From the NCBI GenBank assembly GCA_019090895.1, contig JAHRVB010000121.1:10513-74512 (forward strand): a stretch of 64,000 nucleotides of DNA, given 5' to 3'. Made by a program: the position numbers and the translations under genes. The notes under the pieces were generated by a model, which searched no databases, was not told the origin of the DNA, and worked only from the letters and a program-made list of their open reading frames with translations. Shown in pieces: positions 9,391 to 20,333 of this stretch (position 1 is the stretch's first letter; the number at the start of each line of letters is the position of its first letter). This DNA is from Kangiellaceae bacterium (GTDB taxonomy: Bacteria > Pseudomonadota > Gammaproteobacteria > Enterobacterales > Kangiellaceae).

Positions 9391-11649
9391 CTATAATTTC
9401 TTATTATTTTTTAAGTTCGCCGTATGGGGTCCTCTTACCCGTAGTTCAACAACACCTGGAAATTCGGTATTTTTAAACTGATTATCGGTAATATTAGTAA
9501 CTGGCTCACCGACAGTATGTTCAACTTTAATTATTTGACTATCATCAAACATATTTTTTTTCACGTTGGTCACTTGTACGCCGTGTAACCAAATACTCGC
9601 CTTACTTTTGTTTCGCTTGCCCAAGCTAGCGTTTACCACCTTATTCCCTTGAAAATAGAGGTGGGGGCCAAAAGTGCTCTCGTCACTACCACCTCGATAT
9701 AAGTTAACTAGACTACCTTCCACATTAATAAACTCATTATTCTTTAGGGTTACATACTCAGCGTTATAGATACCTAAGTCATCTGATTCCTTATCCAGTC
9801 GAAATAAATCGCCAGTAATATTTTTGAATCTATTATTTTCGATTAAAATATAGCTAGCAAAAGCGCGACTCCCAGAATCAAAGAAATGAAACGAGTGGTT
9901 GATAACCAGATTTTCGATAAGACTATTCTTAACTTCGAACCGATAATTTTTTGTCATTCCCCACTTGGAGGTTCTAGCCAAGGTATTACCTGATGAGTCG
10001 GGGCTATTGGCTCCATTAATTACCAATCCGTCTAGCTGCAAACTTCCACCGTCGGCAATTTCAAATAGTGTCGAGCGATCGAAACTGATGGTGCTTTTTT
10101 GACGATTTTTGGATTTGATCGAAATCGTTTTGTTTAGCTTTACTATTTTTCTAAGATCAAACTGTCCGTCATCTAGTATCAGTACATCACCCGGTTTAGC
10201 TGATACCACTGCATTAATGAGTTCATCTCCTGAAGCGCTAACTGAGATAGTTTGACCACTTCCAAATTCGACCTCTGGTTCTTCTTTTTCATACCAAGTA
10301 GTGCCTGTCTCGTTTTTGGAGGTCGGTCTCAAATTCACTGAAGCACCAAAAAATCTAAGTTCTTTATCATCAGGATATAGAAGCCCGTTGCCAGCCCGCT
10401 TTAAAGTAACTTTCTGAGCATTTATACCGGTATTAATTTTGCTTTCTTTTAGTTGATTTGAGATGTTATCTCTAAACTTAATCCCGCTAATATCGTCAAA
10501 AACAGAGAAGGGAGATTGGCCGTTATTGTTGAAAAATAAATTATTCTTAAAGCTAGAATTCTTCGGTACCGCTGAACGTTCTTGGTCGCTACCTGCCGCT
10601 AGATGTATATGATCAACGTCAACAAAGGTATTGTTTTCAACTTTCGCATTGACTACTTGATGATAGCGATTGATTGGTGAATCAGGTACCCCATTCATTA
10701 TAGTAAAACCACTACCAAATCGATACCCGGTCAACCCTTCGAAATAGTTATTTTTGACCGTTTGATCACGATTAATAATTCTCACACCACCAGTATGGTC
10801 AACACCATTACCAAAAAAAACATTACCTTCTATTAAGTTACCATTTCCGTGACGTAACGTCAGTGTTCCTCGAGATTCATAAAAAGTGTTATTTTTAATT
10901 TGGTTTTTGCCGGACTTAACGGAAATAATCTCTACTTCGCCATTACAGCGATCAAAGAAGTTATCCGAAACAGTGGTATGGGAATCCGTCATCGAATAAT
11001 GGCTTGTACCGATTCTTAAGGTTTCTCCACCATTCGAACCAAACACAGGCCTTGGACCGAAATAGTTGTGATCAATCTTATGATGATTGTTTTGGCTGTT
11101 ATTGCTATTAAGACGAACGGCAAGAGTGACGCCCTTATTTCGTTTGCCCACTAAGTGGTTATGGTCGAAACGATTATATTGCCCGTACATGCCGACCCAA
11201 TAGTCTGATTCAAAACGGTCGGGATTGCTATAATTGTCGATAACGACTTCAGTCACTCTAGAGTGATACGCAAGGTCGACTTTGTTTCGTCTAAAAGCAA
11301 TGACCTCACTACTCGGGGTAAAACCATTCTTGAAAACTAGACCAGATACGATTAAATGTTTTCCGGCAATTCGTAAATTAGACTGCCCCGTAAGGATCAC
11401 TTTACCTTTTTTTTGTGCGGTTAACGTTATTGGTTTTGCTTTCGAACCATTCGCCTTAAACAATATTTCGAAGTCATTCCAAATGCCATTTTTTAAAATA
11501 ATACTATCGCCCGGCTTGGAGTTTGTTAGCGCTTCCTTGTAACTTTCAGGTGAATTAACTAACCGTTCCTTAGAACTCACCGGTGAAATCGTAAAAAACA
11601 TTAGCAAACTAAAAACGGTGGTTAGCTTTATTCCAATTTTATCAATCAT
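9391..11649 (-). CDS. PL6-family poly(beta-D-mannuronate)/alginate lyase, two beta-helix domains
   Basis: PL6 motifs GGETLRIG, NGEVEIISVKS and RGTLTLRHG, with a second parallel beta-helix-like half. ATG at 11649; an upstream GTG at 11664 is also possible. Confidence 0.85.
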   Translation of the reverse strand: MIDKIGIKLTTVFSLLMFFTISPVSSKERLVNSPESYKEALTNSKPGDSIILKNGIWNDFEILFKANGSKAKPITLTAQKKGKVILTGQSNLRIAGKHLIVSGLVFKNGFTPSSEVIAFRRNKVDLAYHSRVTEVVIDNYSNPDRFESDYWVGMYGQYNRFDHNHLVGKRNKGVTLAVRLNSNNSQNNHHKIDHNYFGPRPVFGSNGGETLRIGTSHYSMTDSHTTVSDNFFDRCNGEVEIISVKSGKNQIKNNTFYESRGTLTLRHGNGNLIEGNVFFGNGVDHTGGVRIINRDQTVKNNYFEGLTGYRFGSGFTIMNGVPDSPINRYHQVVNAKVENNTFVDVDHIHLAAGSDQERSAVPKNSSFKNNLFFNNNGQSPFSVFDDISGIKFRDNISNQLKESKINTGINAQKVTLKRAGNGLLYPDDKELRFFGASVNLRPTSKNETGTTWYEKEEPEVEFGSGQTISVSASGDELINAVVSAKPGDVLILDDGQFDLRKIVKLNKTISIKSKNRQKSTISFDRSTLFEIADGGSLQLDGLVINGANSPDSSGNTLARTSKWGMTKNYRFEVKNSLIENLVINHSFHFFDSGSRAFASYILIENNRFKNITGDLFRLDKESDDLGIYNAEYVTLKNNEFINVEGSLVNLYRGGSDESTFGPHLYFQGNKVVNASLGKRNKSKASIWLHGVQVTNVKKNMFDDSQIIKVEHTVGEPVTNITDNQFKNTEFPGVVELRVRGPHTANLKNNKKL

Positions 11650-11784
11650 GTTTCTCGGCACCACTTTCAGTTAACTAAGGCATTTTATTGCACATTAAGA
11701 AGTTCTAACTCCAGACCTAACTTCCAGCTAAAAAGGCTAATAGTCAAATTAGGAGTGGCATACAATCTAACCAACGAATAGATA

Positions 11785-11810
11785 ATTGTCAACCATTTTG
11801 TCATACCAAT
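11785..11810. promoter_or_regulatory. Candidate operator pair in the divergent PL6/gntR promoter region
   Basis: ATTGTCAACCA (11785-11795) followed by TTTGTCATACCAAT (11797-11810). Both motifs recur in the other promoter regions of the locus. Confidence 0.45.
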
Positions 11811-11972
11811 AATTTTCAACTCACCCTACCTATATAGCCAATATTCTCATATTTTATGCAAAGTGTATGACTTATTACTTCATAACTGCTACTTTACCTT
11901 TGCCAATAGGCTACTATATCGATATTATGTAGCTTGATATTTGAAATTGGTAAGACTTTCATAGGAAAAATA

Positions 11973-12713
11973 ATGAAAAGCAAACGATTATTCTGGAGTA
12001 TTGTTGAAAGCATAGAATCTGCTATTAACAAAGGAGATTTCGTCCCAGGTAGTCGCCTACCTCCCGAAAGAGAACTTGCTGAACGTTTTAAGGTGAGTCG
12101 ACCAACAATCAGAGAGGCAATAATAGCCCTCGAAGTTAGAGGCAAAGTTGAAGTCAAAACAGGGTCTGGTGTTTATGTTTTGAAATCCGCGGTACCATCA
12201 GTATCAAAAAATGAAATCAACGCTTTTGAACTTACCCAAGCTCGCGCCTTGATTGAAGGTGAAGTTGCGGCAATGGCTGCAAAAACCATCAATGTTCAAG
12301 AGCTCGACGAGCTCGATAAATCCTTAACCATGATGAAAAACGGCGAAGATATTCATGCGGCGGATCACTTATTTCATTTAACCATCGCCAATGCAACTAG
12401 AAATGCAGCCATGATACAGTCGATTGAAAACTTGTGGAAACTGCGCAGTTCAACAGCCGAAATAGTTGAAGATTATAATAGTGTTTGCAGCAAAGATAAT
12501 GAGTTAACTCTAGCGGAACATTCTGCTATATATTCAGCCCTAAAAGCACATGACCCATCAGCCGCTAGAAGTGCTATGCACTCTCACTTCAATCGTCTAA
12601 TCAATACTCTTTTTGAAGCTGTCGAAGCAAGAGCTCTTGAAGAAGTCCGACGTAAGAACAGTGAAACAAGGGGACTGTATTCCATTGACAACTTAGTCAA
12701 TGAGGTACGCTAA
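11973..12713 (+). CDS. GntR-family (FadR-type C-terminal domain) transcriptional regulator of the alginate locus
   Basis: Winged HTH (LPPERELAERFKVSRPTIREAIIALEVRGKVEVKTGSGVYV) plus a helical FCD-like domain. ATG at 11973 is preceded by AGGAAAAA; the track start at 11934 is TTG. Confidence 0.85.
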   Translation: MKSKRLFWSIVESIESAINKGDFVPGSRLPPERELAERFKVSRPTIREAIIALEVRGKVEVKTGSGVYVLKSAVPSVSKNEINAFELTQARALIEGEVAAMAAKTINVQELDELDKSLTMMKNGEDIHAADHLFHLTIANATRNAAMIQSIENLWKLRSSTAEIVEDYNSVCSKDNELTLAEHSAIYSALKAHDPSAARSAMHSHFNRLINTLFEAVEARALEEVRRKNSETRGLYSIDNLVNEVR

Positions 12714-12823
12714 AGATTTTCACTTTCAGTGGCTGTCTAATGCATTTTTCTCTCAGTTCTTTAACTCAACACCCGGAACAACACTCAAGCTAAAACAACA
12801 CTTTATAGGCATATTTCACAGTC

Positions 12824-12850
12824 AAAAAAAACCTCTCACAGTGGAGAGGT
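12824..12850 (-). terminator. Rho-independent terminator after the reductase gene
   Basis: The minus strand reads ACCTCTC-cactgt-GAGAGGT followed by T7. Confidence 0.55.
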
Positions 12851-13026
12851 GAAAATCGGTTCAACGACCTATTTAAAAAACCGATACAACAACTAATCTA
12901 GCAGCATACAGGATTGCATAACTAAATCGAGGGGCTATTTCAGGTTCCAATTGTTAGCACTCACTTTCTACAAAAGCCCTTAAACTAATAACTGGTTCAA
13001 TTTCACACTTGTTATTATCTAGATTG

Positions 13027-13908
13027 TTATTTTTCTAGCTTTAAGAAATAATCATAGATTTCAGGAACATTCCCATTCCCCATATCCGCAGAAACGGCAG
13101 CTTTTAGATTAGCAGACGTTCCCTCTGCGATTTGTGATACTGTCCCTAGATCTTTCACCATTTCAACAAAGTAACCTAAATCCTTATTCGCATTGGCTAT
13201 TGAAAAGCCCAGATCACTCACACCGTCGACTGCATAGTTTTTACAAAAACCCATGAAAGGTGAGTTGGAAGGTCCAGTCGACATAATATCGAATAATTGT
13301 TGACGATCAACGCCTGCCTTATCCGCTACAGCGAAGGCTTGTGACATGGCAGTGACTGTTGTCATTCCGATAAAGTTATTGATTAGTTTGGTGGTATGTC
13401 CGGCGCCAAGTGCACCCAAATGGAAAACATTTTCGCCCTGTTGCTCAAGAATTGGTTTTACTTTATTAAAAGTCTCTAAATCACCTGAAGCCATGATGTT
13501 TAATAAACCATCTTTAGCATGAGTTGGTGTGCGGCCAAGTGGCGCATCAATCATACCGGCACCTTTGCTCGCCAGATCGGCCCCAATCTTACGAGTCGAC
13601 GCAGGAATGGATGTACCAAAATCAATTAACACTGCATCTTCTTTGATACCCGCTAAAATACCGTCGTCAGCGTAAACCACCATTTCGACAACTTCGGAGG
13701 TCGTAAGCGCTAGCATAACAATATCACTATTTTCGGCTAGTTCTTTTGCTGTAGAAGACGCAGTTGCATTTCCGCGCGCGACGACCTTAGCAACCGCTTC
13801 TTTATTTCGGTCTAAAACATTCAGTTGAAAACCATGTTTTTGTAAGTTTTCAACCATGTTGCCGCCCATAAGACCTAGGCCGATGAAACCAATGATTGGT
13901 TTTGTCAT
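13027..13908 (-). CDS. NAD(P)-dependent beta-hydroxyacid dehydrogenase family oxidoreductase; probable DEH (4-deoxy-L-erythro-5-hexoseulose uronate) reductase
   Basis: IGFIGLGLMGGNM Rossmann motif and a 3-hydroxyisobutyrate-dehydrogenase-like layout. ATG at 13908 with a GGAG RBS. The functional call rests on locus context. Confidence 0.7.
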   Translation of the reverse strand: MTKPIIGFIGLGLMGGNMVENLQKHGFQLNVLDRNKEAVAKVVARGNATASSTAKELAENSDIVMLALTTSEVVEMVVYADDGILAGIKEDAVLIDFGTSIPASTRKIGADLASKGAGMIDAPLGRTPTHAKDGLLNIMASGDLETFNKVKPILEQQGENVFHLGALGAGHTTKLINNFIGMTTVTAMSQAFAVADKAGVDRQQLFDIMSTGPSNSPFMGFCKNYAVDGVSDLGFSIANANKDLGYFVEMVKDLGTVSQIAEGTSANLKAAVSADMGNGNVPEIYDYFLKLEK

Positions 13909-14173
13909 ATCTAACTCCAGAATACAATAATGTATATCTATTCTATTTATAAAAGTACCCGCGCTCATTAATGAACACGCTAATTTGTTGTTAAGTCATA
14001 AACGCTCGTATTAGGTTACGAGCCAAATCTGATAAAAATATCATTGCAAGATTAATGCGTTCAAATGCGAGTTCTATCCGTTACTCAGTTAACCATTAGT
14101 CTTCAGCAATCTTGCTCTCTCACTTATATTTTGCTTAAGAACCTATTCGAGATACTAACCAACAGACTCATAA

Positions 14174-14285
14174 ATGTCAACCAATTATGCTGTTATTGTA
14201 ATACCAATATTCAATTATTTTAAATTTTTTATCAGACTTTCTGTTGGCTTGTTTAATGGTGATACTAACATTTGGTAATACCAAT
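14174..14285. promoter_or_regulatory. Cluster of candidate operators upstream of the reductase gene
   Basis: ATGTCAACCAAT (14174-14185), ATTGTAATACCAAT (14195-14208) and TTGGTAATACCAAT (14272-14285). Confidence 0.45.
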
Positions 14286-14351
14286 AAAGTCAACAGGGTG
14301 GAGAACAAACGGCAATAAAAGAACTGTATTTATTACATGCCATCACTCGAC

Positions 14352-15860
14352 TTAATTGGCGTACTTATCATGACTATTATTGAGCTCATAAAATGTCGCT
14401 TGCGCAAATTCACCTTCATCAGCACTGTTATTAACGTGATAAACACCGGCCTTAAAATACTGATATTGATCGTCCGAATCGTAGCCGCTCTCTCTCATGT
14501 CGACGGTCTGTACAACGCTCTCTTTACCGGGTCTGTGTATGCTAACGACCAGAATGTTTCCAGTGGCTTCGATCTCGTAGCTAAATTTTTCATCTAAAGC
14601 GATACCATCTATGGGGTTATCAGTCTCATTGGCTCGACTACCGATCATTTCATAGTTACGATCGTCCCCGCCTTTTACTTCGTGCGCTAGATATATCGCC
14701 CCATGACTATTGTCTGGCAGCTTTCGGTAATAAAGGCGAACAGGCTCATCATCATTAGCGTGGATCTGACCGATAATGATACGGCCAATCTGATAATTTA
14801 ATCCCGTACTTGTCACTTGATTCACCGCGAGTGTTGCAAACAAGCGACCATCAACTCCGCCTGCGGCATCTCTTGCCGTTTCTGAGGCACTACCAAATAC
14901 CCAGTTATTTTTATTTACGCCTTGAGTACTATGTTGAGTATTTCCGCGACGGAGCATTTCTCTTAATTCAACTCGAACATAAGAAGTATTGGTTGAAGTT
15001 TTAAAACCTGTTGTTGGAGATTTGAAGACTAAACCACCATCATCGCCGGTATAGAAAAATGCTCTATCTTCATAACCACTGTTAAGCTCATTTTCCTTAA
15101 TGGAATCAGAAGTGCCACTTCCATCTTCATCGGTGGGTATACTTAAATACCAGTCTTGCAAATCGAAATTTTGTGATGGGGGCAATCGAGGATCGAGATC
15201 TAATCGAGTGTAATCGGTTAAATCAAAATCGGAAGTTCTGGTTATTAGTTCATCCAAATTTTCGGAGGTTACCGATTCATTATTACAACCTTGAATGGCA
15301 ACTTCCACAACACCATTTTCTGCGCCAAACTCATTTCCATGACTAATAATTTTTAGATACTGTGCACTTATTGGGTCAAATTCAAATGACTGGATATCAT
15401 TTGATAGGCCTGAACTCTTAACACTAGTGAGTACATCCCGCCAATCAATCTCATCATCAGAAAAGGCCACTGAAAATAAAGCTTCTCGTTGATTACCTAA
15501 ATACCATGCAATATCGAGACTTTTAATCAGCGAGCGGTAACTTAATTCAAATTGAATCGATTGGTCTAATGCGTTTGATTGCCAGCGAGATTCTTGACTA
15601 AAACTGGTATCAATTGATTTCTCAGCAGCATAATTATCTTGTTGGTAATCAGCTGCCACTCGATTGATCGGAAGGAATAATTTTGTGTCGCATGAAATGT
15701 CTGGTAGCTCATTTCCAATCGGATCAGCTGGTGCGCTAGACTGATTGATTGGGCTGCTTGGATTGCTACCGCTAGAACCACCACATGCAGTGAATAGTAA
15801 ACTGATCATCAAGAAAACTAGCGAATTTGCAGCTTTACCAATTACATCACTTTTTACCAA
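14352..15860 (-). CDS. PL7 alginate lyase lipoprotein with an N-terminal F5/8 type C (CBM32-like) module
   Basis: PL7 signatures RVELREML, QIHANDDEP and YFKAGVYHVNN, and a discoidin-like region (RWQSN...AQYLKII). The TTG start at 15860 has a GGAGG RBS 5 nt upstream and gives a lipobox (LLFTAC). Confidence 0.85.
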   Translation of the reverse strand: MVKSDVIGKAANSLVFLMISLLFTACGGSSGSNPSSPINQSSAPADPIGNELPDISCDTKLFLPINRVAADYQQDNYAAEKSIDTSFSQESRWQSNALDQSIQFELSYRSLIKSLDIAWYLGNQREALFSVAFSDDEIDWRDVLTSVKSSGLSNDIQSFEFDPISAQYLKIISHGNEFGAENGVVEVAIQGCNNESVTSENLDELITRTSDFDLTDYTRLDLDPRLPPSQNFDLQDWYLSIPTDEDGSGTSDSIKENELNSGYEDRAFFYTGDDGGLVFKSPTTGFKTSTNTSYVRVELREMLRRGNTQHSTQGVNKNNWVFGSASETARDAAGGVDGRLFATLAVNQVTSTGLNYQIGRIIIGQIHANDDEPVRLYYRKLPDNSHGAIYLAHEVKGGDDRNYEMIGSRANETDNPIDGIALDEKFSYEIEATGNILVVSIHRPGKESVVQTVDMRESGYDSDDQYQYFKAGVYHVNNSADEGEFAQATFYELNNSHDKYAN

Positions 15861-15939
15861 ACTAACCTCCAATCTAAAAATACAAGTCAACCGCTACCAA
15901 CGGTTATCATTCTTTTAATACTAAAATTCGCTTTTTCTT

Positions 15940-17028
15940 CTAAGGTGTATTATCTGGATCGTAAGGACCAGCAAGTTGTATTCGACTGAACGCCACAGAA
16001 GTATAATCACCATTCGCCTTATCAACTTTCCAATCGCCAGTCCCTGCGCAAGCGGCATACCAGAAAGCAGGGTCATCTTTAGTACTGCACTGGTTATACG
16101 CACCGGCTTTGAAGTAAAGCGCATCGCCGGAATAGCCTAACGGGTTATCTTTTTCGTCGACCTTTCCGTAGGCGTCGACATTGTTCGACAGATCGATCTG
16201 ATATTTGACCATCTTAGAAGGATCGCTGGTTCTAAATGTGAGGTACATAGTGTTACCGTGTACATTGATGTTGTAGTTAAATAACTCGCCAAGTGCTATG
16301 CCCTCTTTACCGGGATCTTGCAGGTTTTCCCAGGTGTTGCCCCATACTGAATAAGCGATGTCAGTCCTATCCGGGTTATCTTTCGCTAGGTTTCTTTCGT
16401 AAGTCCAGAACACGGAACCCGTTTTATGCTGAGGCCATTTTTTGTAGTAGACTTTGATAGGTTCGTTACCCCAGCCAAATCCCTTACCTTTGTTGATTAC
16501 TTCTTTATCTTTGTCGGCATGAATTTGCCCCACCACAACGGAATATGCTGGTTTCTTATTACCGTGCTTGGCATTCTTGGCAACATGCAACACTTTTAAC
16601 GTCGCCTCTAATTGTCCCCCGACGAGGGCAAAATACTTAGAACCGCGGTGAGCTTTTAGCGAGAAGTTGTTTTTGGGATGGTGGGTTCCAAATTTAGTAT
16701 TTTTACCACGCAGCATCTGACGTAACTCGCTACGAGTATTAGTAGAATTGGCGGAAGTCGTTGCTTTGTTTGGAGCAGTAAAAACAAGCAACCCATTTTC
16801 ATCAAGACTAAAAAAATCCGGATGCGAATATTCCTTTAATGATCGAACATTAACTTCATCGACTTTGCCGTCGTTGTTGTCATCTAATGGTAACGTGAGC
16901 TTCCAAAACCGCAAATCAATCTTATCAGCGGGAAAATGTTCATCGGAAGAATTATCACCAGAAGCCTCTGCGTAAATCATTGACGAAAATAATAGAGCTA
17001 ACATCAGGCCAGCCGATATAATACGCAT
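15940..17028 (-). CDS. PL7 alginate lyase, single catalytic domain, secreted
   Basis: Signal peptide, plus RSELRQML, GQIHADKD and YFKAGAYNQ. Confidence 0.85.
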   Translation of the reverse strand: MRIISAGLMLALLFSSMIYAEASGDNSSDEHFPADKIDLRFWKLTLPLDDNNDGKVDEVNVRSLKEYSHPDFFSLDENGLLVFTAPNKATTSANSTNTRSELRQMLRGKNTKFGTHHPKNNFSLKAHRGSKYFALVGGQLEATLKVLHVAKNAKHGNKKPAYSVVVGQIHADKDKEVINKGKGFGWGNEPIKVYYKKWPQHKTGSVFWTYERNLAKDNPDRTDIAYSVWGNTWENLQDPGKEGIALGELFNYNINVHGNTMYLTFRTSDPSKMVKYQIDLSNNVDAYGKVDEKDNPLGYSGDALYFKAGAYNQCSTKDDPAFWYAACAGTGDWKVDKANGDYTSVAFSRIQLAGPYDPDNTP

Positions 17029-17130
17029 ACAATAAACCTCTGAATTATTGTGCCAAATGAACCAAACGCAATGCTAAATACCGGACGGGTTAAGCTGTCC
17101 AATACCCAATCAATTACCTTCTTATCCCGA

Positions 17131-17148
17131 AACTAGCAACTAGCAACT
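17131..17148. repeat. Heptamer repeat variant: AACTAGC x2 plus AACT
   Basis: Read directly from the sequence, between the TBDR stop (17159) and the PL7 start (17028). Confidence 0.7.
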
Positions 17149-17158
17149 ATTATTATTT

Positions 17159-20100
17159 TTAAAACTTTGCTTTTACACCAATGAAAAAGCGTGGTCCGTA
17201 GGATAACGTCTGTAGAACCTGTCCGCCTACAGGGCGGTAATCGATACGAGGTTCGTCCGTTATGTTCTTAGCCTGGAAATTAAGTTTAATACTATCCGTC
17301 AACTTGTAACTCATATTCAAATCCAATATCTGACTCGCAGCGGTGTAACGAATACGACCTTGAGTGTCCCGTCCATACTGCTGGAAATATTGCGATCGTG
17401 TTTTGTAGAGCAGTCTGATGTCCCAGTCTTCGTCGTTCCAATAGAGCTGAGTAGAGCTAACATGTTTGGATAATCCAAACAGGTTGGCAGGTTCGATAAT
17501 ACCAATTAGCGATGTCTCAGTGACCTCCCCAGTTTCTTGGTCAACAGTGGTCGTTATTCCATCACCACCATGCTGGTCCTCATACTCAAAATCGGAATCT
17601 GCGTAGTTGTAGCTCATTTTTGCGCCGAAACCACTCAAAAATCCGGGCAGGTAATCAAACGAATGAGTCATCGTTAACTCGAACCCTTTAACGGTGCTAG
17701 TATCATCGCTAATCTGGGTAGTTTCAACGAGACCCTGAACTTGGTTACCATCAAGGTTAAAGGTCTCAAGTTGGGCAACGGTCTCAAACCCACCATTGAG
17801 TTTCTTCCAATAGATCATTCCGGCGATCATGGTGTCTGTGTTTGCATACCATTCCAGACCGAGATCAAAGTTATCCGATAATATTGGATTCAGATAAGGG
17901 TTACCTGTAGCACTGATCCCATTAACCGCTTCAGATAGAGTAGTGTATGCATTTGATATATCGTTATCCTGTATCGAACGGCCATTACCATAGGAGTGAG
18001 GATCCGGACGTGACATCCCTCTGAATAGACCGGTTCTTAAGATCAAATCATCATCGAGATCGACAATAACCGTTAAGCTTGGGAGAATCTCCTGATAGCT
18101 ATTTTCTTGCGTATCGGTTTCAAGAACACCAGAAGTATCCTCCGTTACAACAAAACCTTCGTTGAATTCTTCAACCGTAATGGGTCCTCGATACCCAATA
18201 GAAGTGATCTCGGTTTCGACGTAACGAACACCAAAATTACCTCTTACTTCATAACCCGCAATATCTGTCGAGAAGTCTGCTTGAACATAAAACGCTAGTG
18301 TATCTTCTGTTACATCGTTGGTTCCTGAATTAATACCATCTTGGAATTGGATACCGGACAATCCGCCATAATTTTGTAAATAGGCGTTTGCAGCACAATC
18401 AAAGTTAAACGTTGCATATCCGTTTGTGGCCGAACCTGTGTTGGCGTTTGTTATGAGATCACTGCTTCGAACATTGGATAGAAAACCCGATTCAGGAAAA
18501 CGTTGATCGGCACAAGCCAGCACATCAGCAAGTATCGCATCTGTTACGCTATTGTCTGCAGTTCCATTAGCGGTGACTAGATCTTCGTCTTCAAATAAAC
18601 TTTCACCAGCCGCGTTTCTCGAGCCGCCCAGTGTTATATATTCCATTTTCGAGGCACGAACCCCCGCTTTCACAGTATGAATTGCACCACCTTTTTCCCA
18701 AGTCAGATCCGTACGAAAGGCATCCAATGTATTATCACGAGTTATCTGACGTGCTCGTAGTCGAGCGCGGTTCCGAGCATTAAAATAGCTTGGGTCTGTT
18801 ACTTCGAACCCGTTGCTGCCGTTATCAATGATAGTACCAATTGTAGGCCCAGGGTTTTCACCGTTTGTATCCAATTGAACAGTGAAATCGTCTGCGTTGC
18901 CGCCGACAAGGTTGTTGTCTGTCGCGCCGAGTCGTAGCTCTATATCCGTCTCAATTCGATTGGTATCCGATCGGGCATAGTCAAAGTTCAAAGTCAGATT
19001 TTCAGTCACTTGATAATCAACATTAAAACCGTAGCCCTTGTATTCTTCCAGACGCTGAAAATCAGTGGTATATGAGGAAAGATTGGTTTCTGAAATAGAC
19101 GAGAAAACTTCTCCCGAATAAGGGTTTGAAGTTAATGACGAAATATCTTCCTGTGTCGTTGCGTATTGAAAATCCTTACGTAGTTCTCGTTGGTCACGTT
19201 TGGAATATTGAAAATCTAACAGGATATCGAGTTTCTCATTCGGTTGAAATTGAATACTACCAAACAAAGACTCACGCTCATCATTTGTCGTGTTATGACG
19301 ATAGCGATGGTCCCGCGGAATATAAGCAAAAGGAATGTCGTCAACGGTATTATAGTTTGGATTAGAGTCAATTAGATCTTGTATCTCATCGTTACTAACG
19401 CCTGCCGAGCCATCATGACAACGGCCGTCAGTATCGGTGGGTAATGCGTCAAAATCAAATGAAGTTAACTCACAGGCTTCTAATCGCCCGCCACCCGAGG
19501 TCGTGTGGTATTCCTGCTCAGGGTTTGATTCCTCTCTCAGCTGTGCACCAAATGAGACGCCAAGGTTGGCACCATTGTCAAACTCAAACTGGTCGATATA
19601 GGCAAGTGTTGCACGAGATCCAAAATCCTGACCTCCGTCAATGTTAGCCTCATCTGGGCTATGCGCTAACTGAAGGTTTCCCTGAAATAACCGCTTTCCA
19701 TAAAGTAATGGTTTTTTGGTTTCTAGTTGAACCTGCCCACTGACGGCGCCTTCAATATATTCCGCTGATTGGGTTTTATGAATCGAGATCTTGTTGAACA
19801 TTTCAGAAGGAAAAATGCTGAAGTTTACTGCGCGGTTACCGCTTCCATTTGTTGCTTCTCGACCATTGACTACCGTCGTTCCCAGGAATGGTCCCAATCC
19901 TCTCACCGAAAGTTCTGATGCACCGCCATTTTCCTGATGCGCCGTGGCACCAGTAATTTGTTCGAGTGCACCACCGATTGATAATGCTGGAATCCCACCG
20001 ATATCATCAGCGGATAATCCGTCTACTATTTGAGTCGAATTTCGTTTGATAGCGATGGTACTTTGCACACTCGCCCGTGTGCCAGTGATAACCACGACGT

Positions 20101-20254
20101 TTTTATCCTCTTCATCTGACTCATCGGCTTGGTCAGCCTCCTGAGCGGACATCGCAGTATTTGCAGTTAACGTCAGGATTGCGGACAAAATAGCTATCGC
20201 TAAAGGTGATTTCCGTGAGGGAATAGCGTGCGTGACCTGCTTTGGTTTAAACAT
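17159..20254 (-). CDS. TonB-dependent outer-membrane receptor
   Basis: Signal peptide (LAIAILSAILTLTANTAMSAQE), plug region (NVVVITGTRAS...IVDGLSADDIG) and a C-terminal beta-barrel ending in ...GVKAKF. ATG at 20254 is preferred; ATG at 20332 is also possible. Confidence 0.85.
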   Translation of the reverse strand: MFKPKQVTHAIPSRKSPLAIAILSAILTLTANTAMSAQEADQADESDEEDKNVVVITGTRASVQSTIAIKRNSTQIVDGLSADDIGGIPALSIGGALEQITGATAHQENGGASELSVRGLGPFLGTTVVNGREATNGSGNRAVNFSIFPSEMFNKISIHKTQSAEYIEGAVSGQVQLETKKPLLYGKRLFQGNLQLAHSPDEANIDGGQDFGSRATLAYIDQFEFDNGANLGVSFGAQLREESNPEQEYHTTSGGGRLEACELTSFDFDALPTDTDGRCHDGSAGVSNDEIQDLIDSNPNYNTVDDIPFAYIPRDHRYRHNTTNDERESLFGSIQFQPNEKLDILLDFQYSKRDQRELRKDFQYATTQEDISSLTSNPYSGEVFSSISETNLSSYTTDFQRLEEYKGYGFNVDYQVTENLTLNFDYARSDTNRIETDIELRLGATDNNLVGGNADDFTVQLDTNGENPGPTIGTIIDNGSNGFEVTDPSYFNARNRARLRARQITRDNTLDAFRTDLTWEKGGAIHTVKAGVRASKMEYITLGGSRNAAGESLFEDEDLVTANGTADNSVTDAILADVLACADQRFPESGFLSNVRSSDLITNANTGSATNGYATFNFDCAANAYLQNYGGLSGIQFQDGINSGTNDVTEDTLAFYVQADFSTDIAGYEVRGNFGVRYVETEITSIGYRGPITVEEFNEGFVVTEDTSGVLETDTQENSYQEILPSLTVIVDLDDDLILRTGLFRGMSRPDPHSYGNGRSIQDNDISNAYTTLSEAVNGISATGNPYLNPILSDNFDLGLEWYANTDTMIAGMIYWKKLNGGFETVAQLETFNLDGNQVQGLVETTQISDDTSTVKGFELTMTHSFDYLPGFLSGFGAKMSYNYADSDFEYEDQHGGDGITTTVDQETGEVTETSLIGIIEPANLFGLSKHVSSTQLYWNDEDWDIRLLYKTRSQYFQQYGRDTQGRIRYTAASQILDLNMSYKLTDSIKLNFQAKNITDEPRIDYRPVGGQVLQTLSYGPRFFIGVKAKF

Positions 20255-20333
20255 AGTTAATCTCTCATTATTTGTTTTATTCTGTTCGAAATTATTCTTA
20301 TCGCACTCTTTAAGTTTGTTAGTTAACAGCATG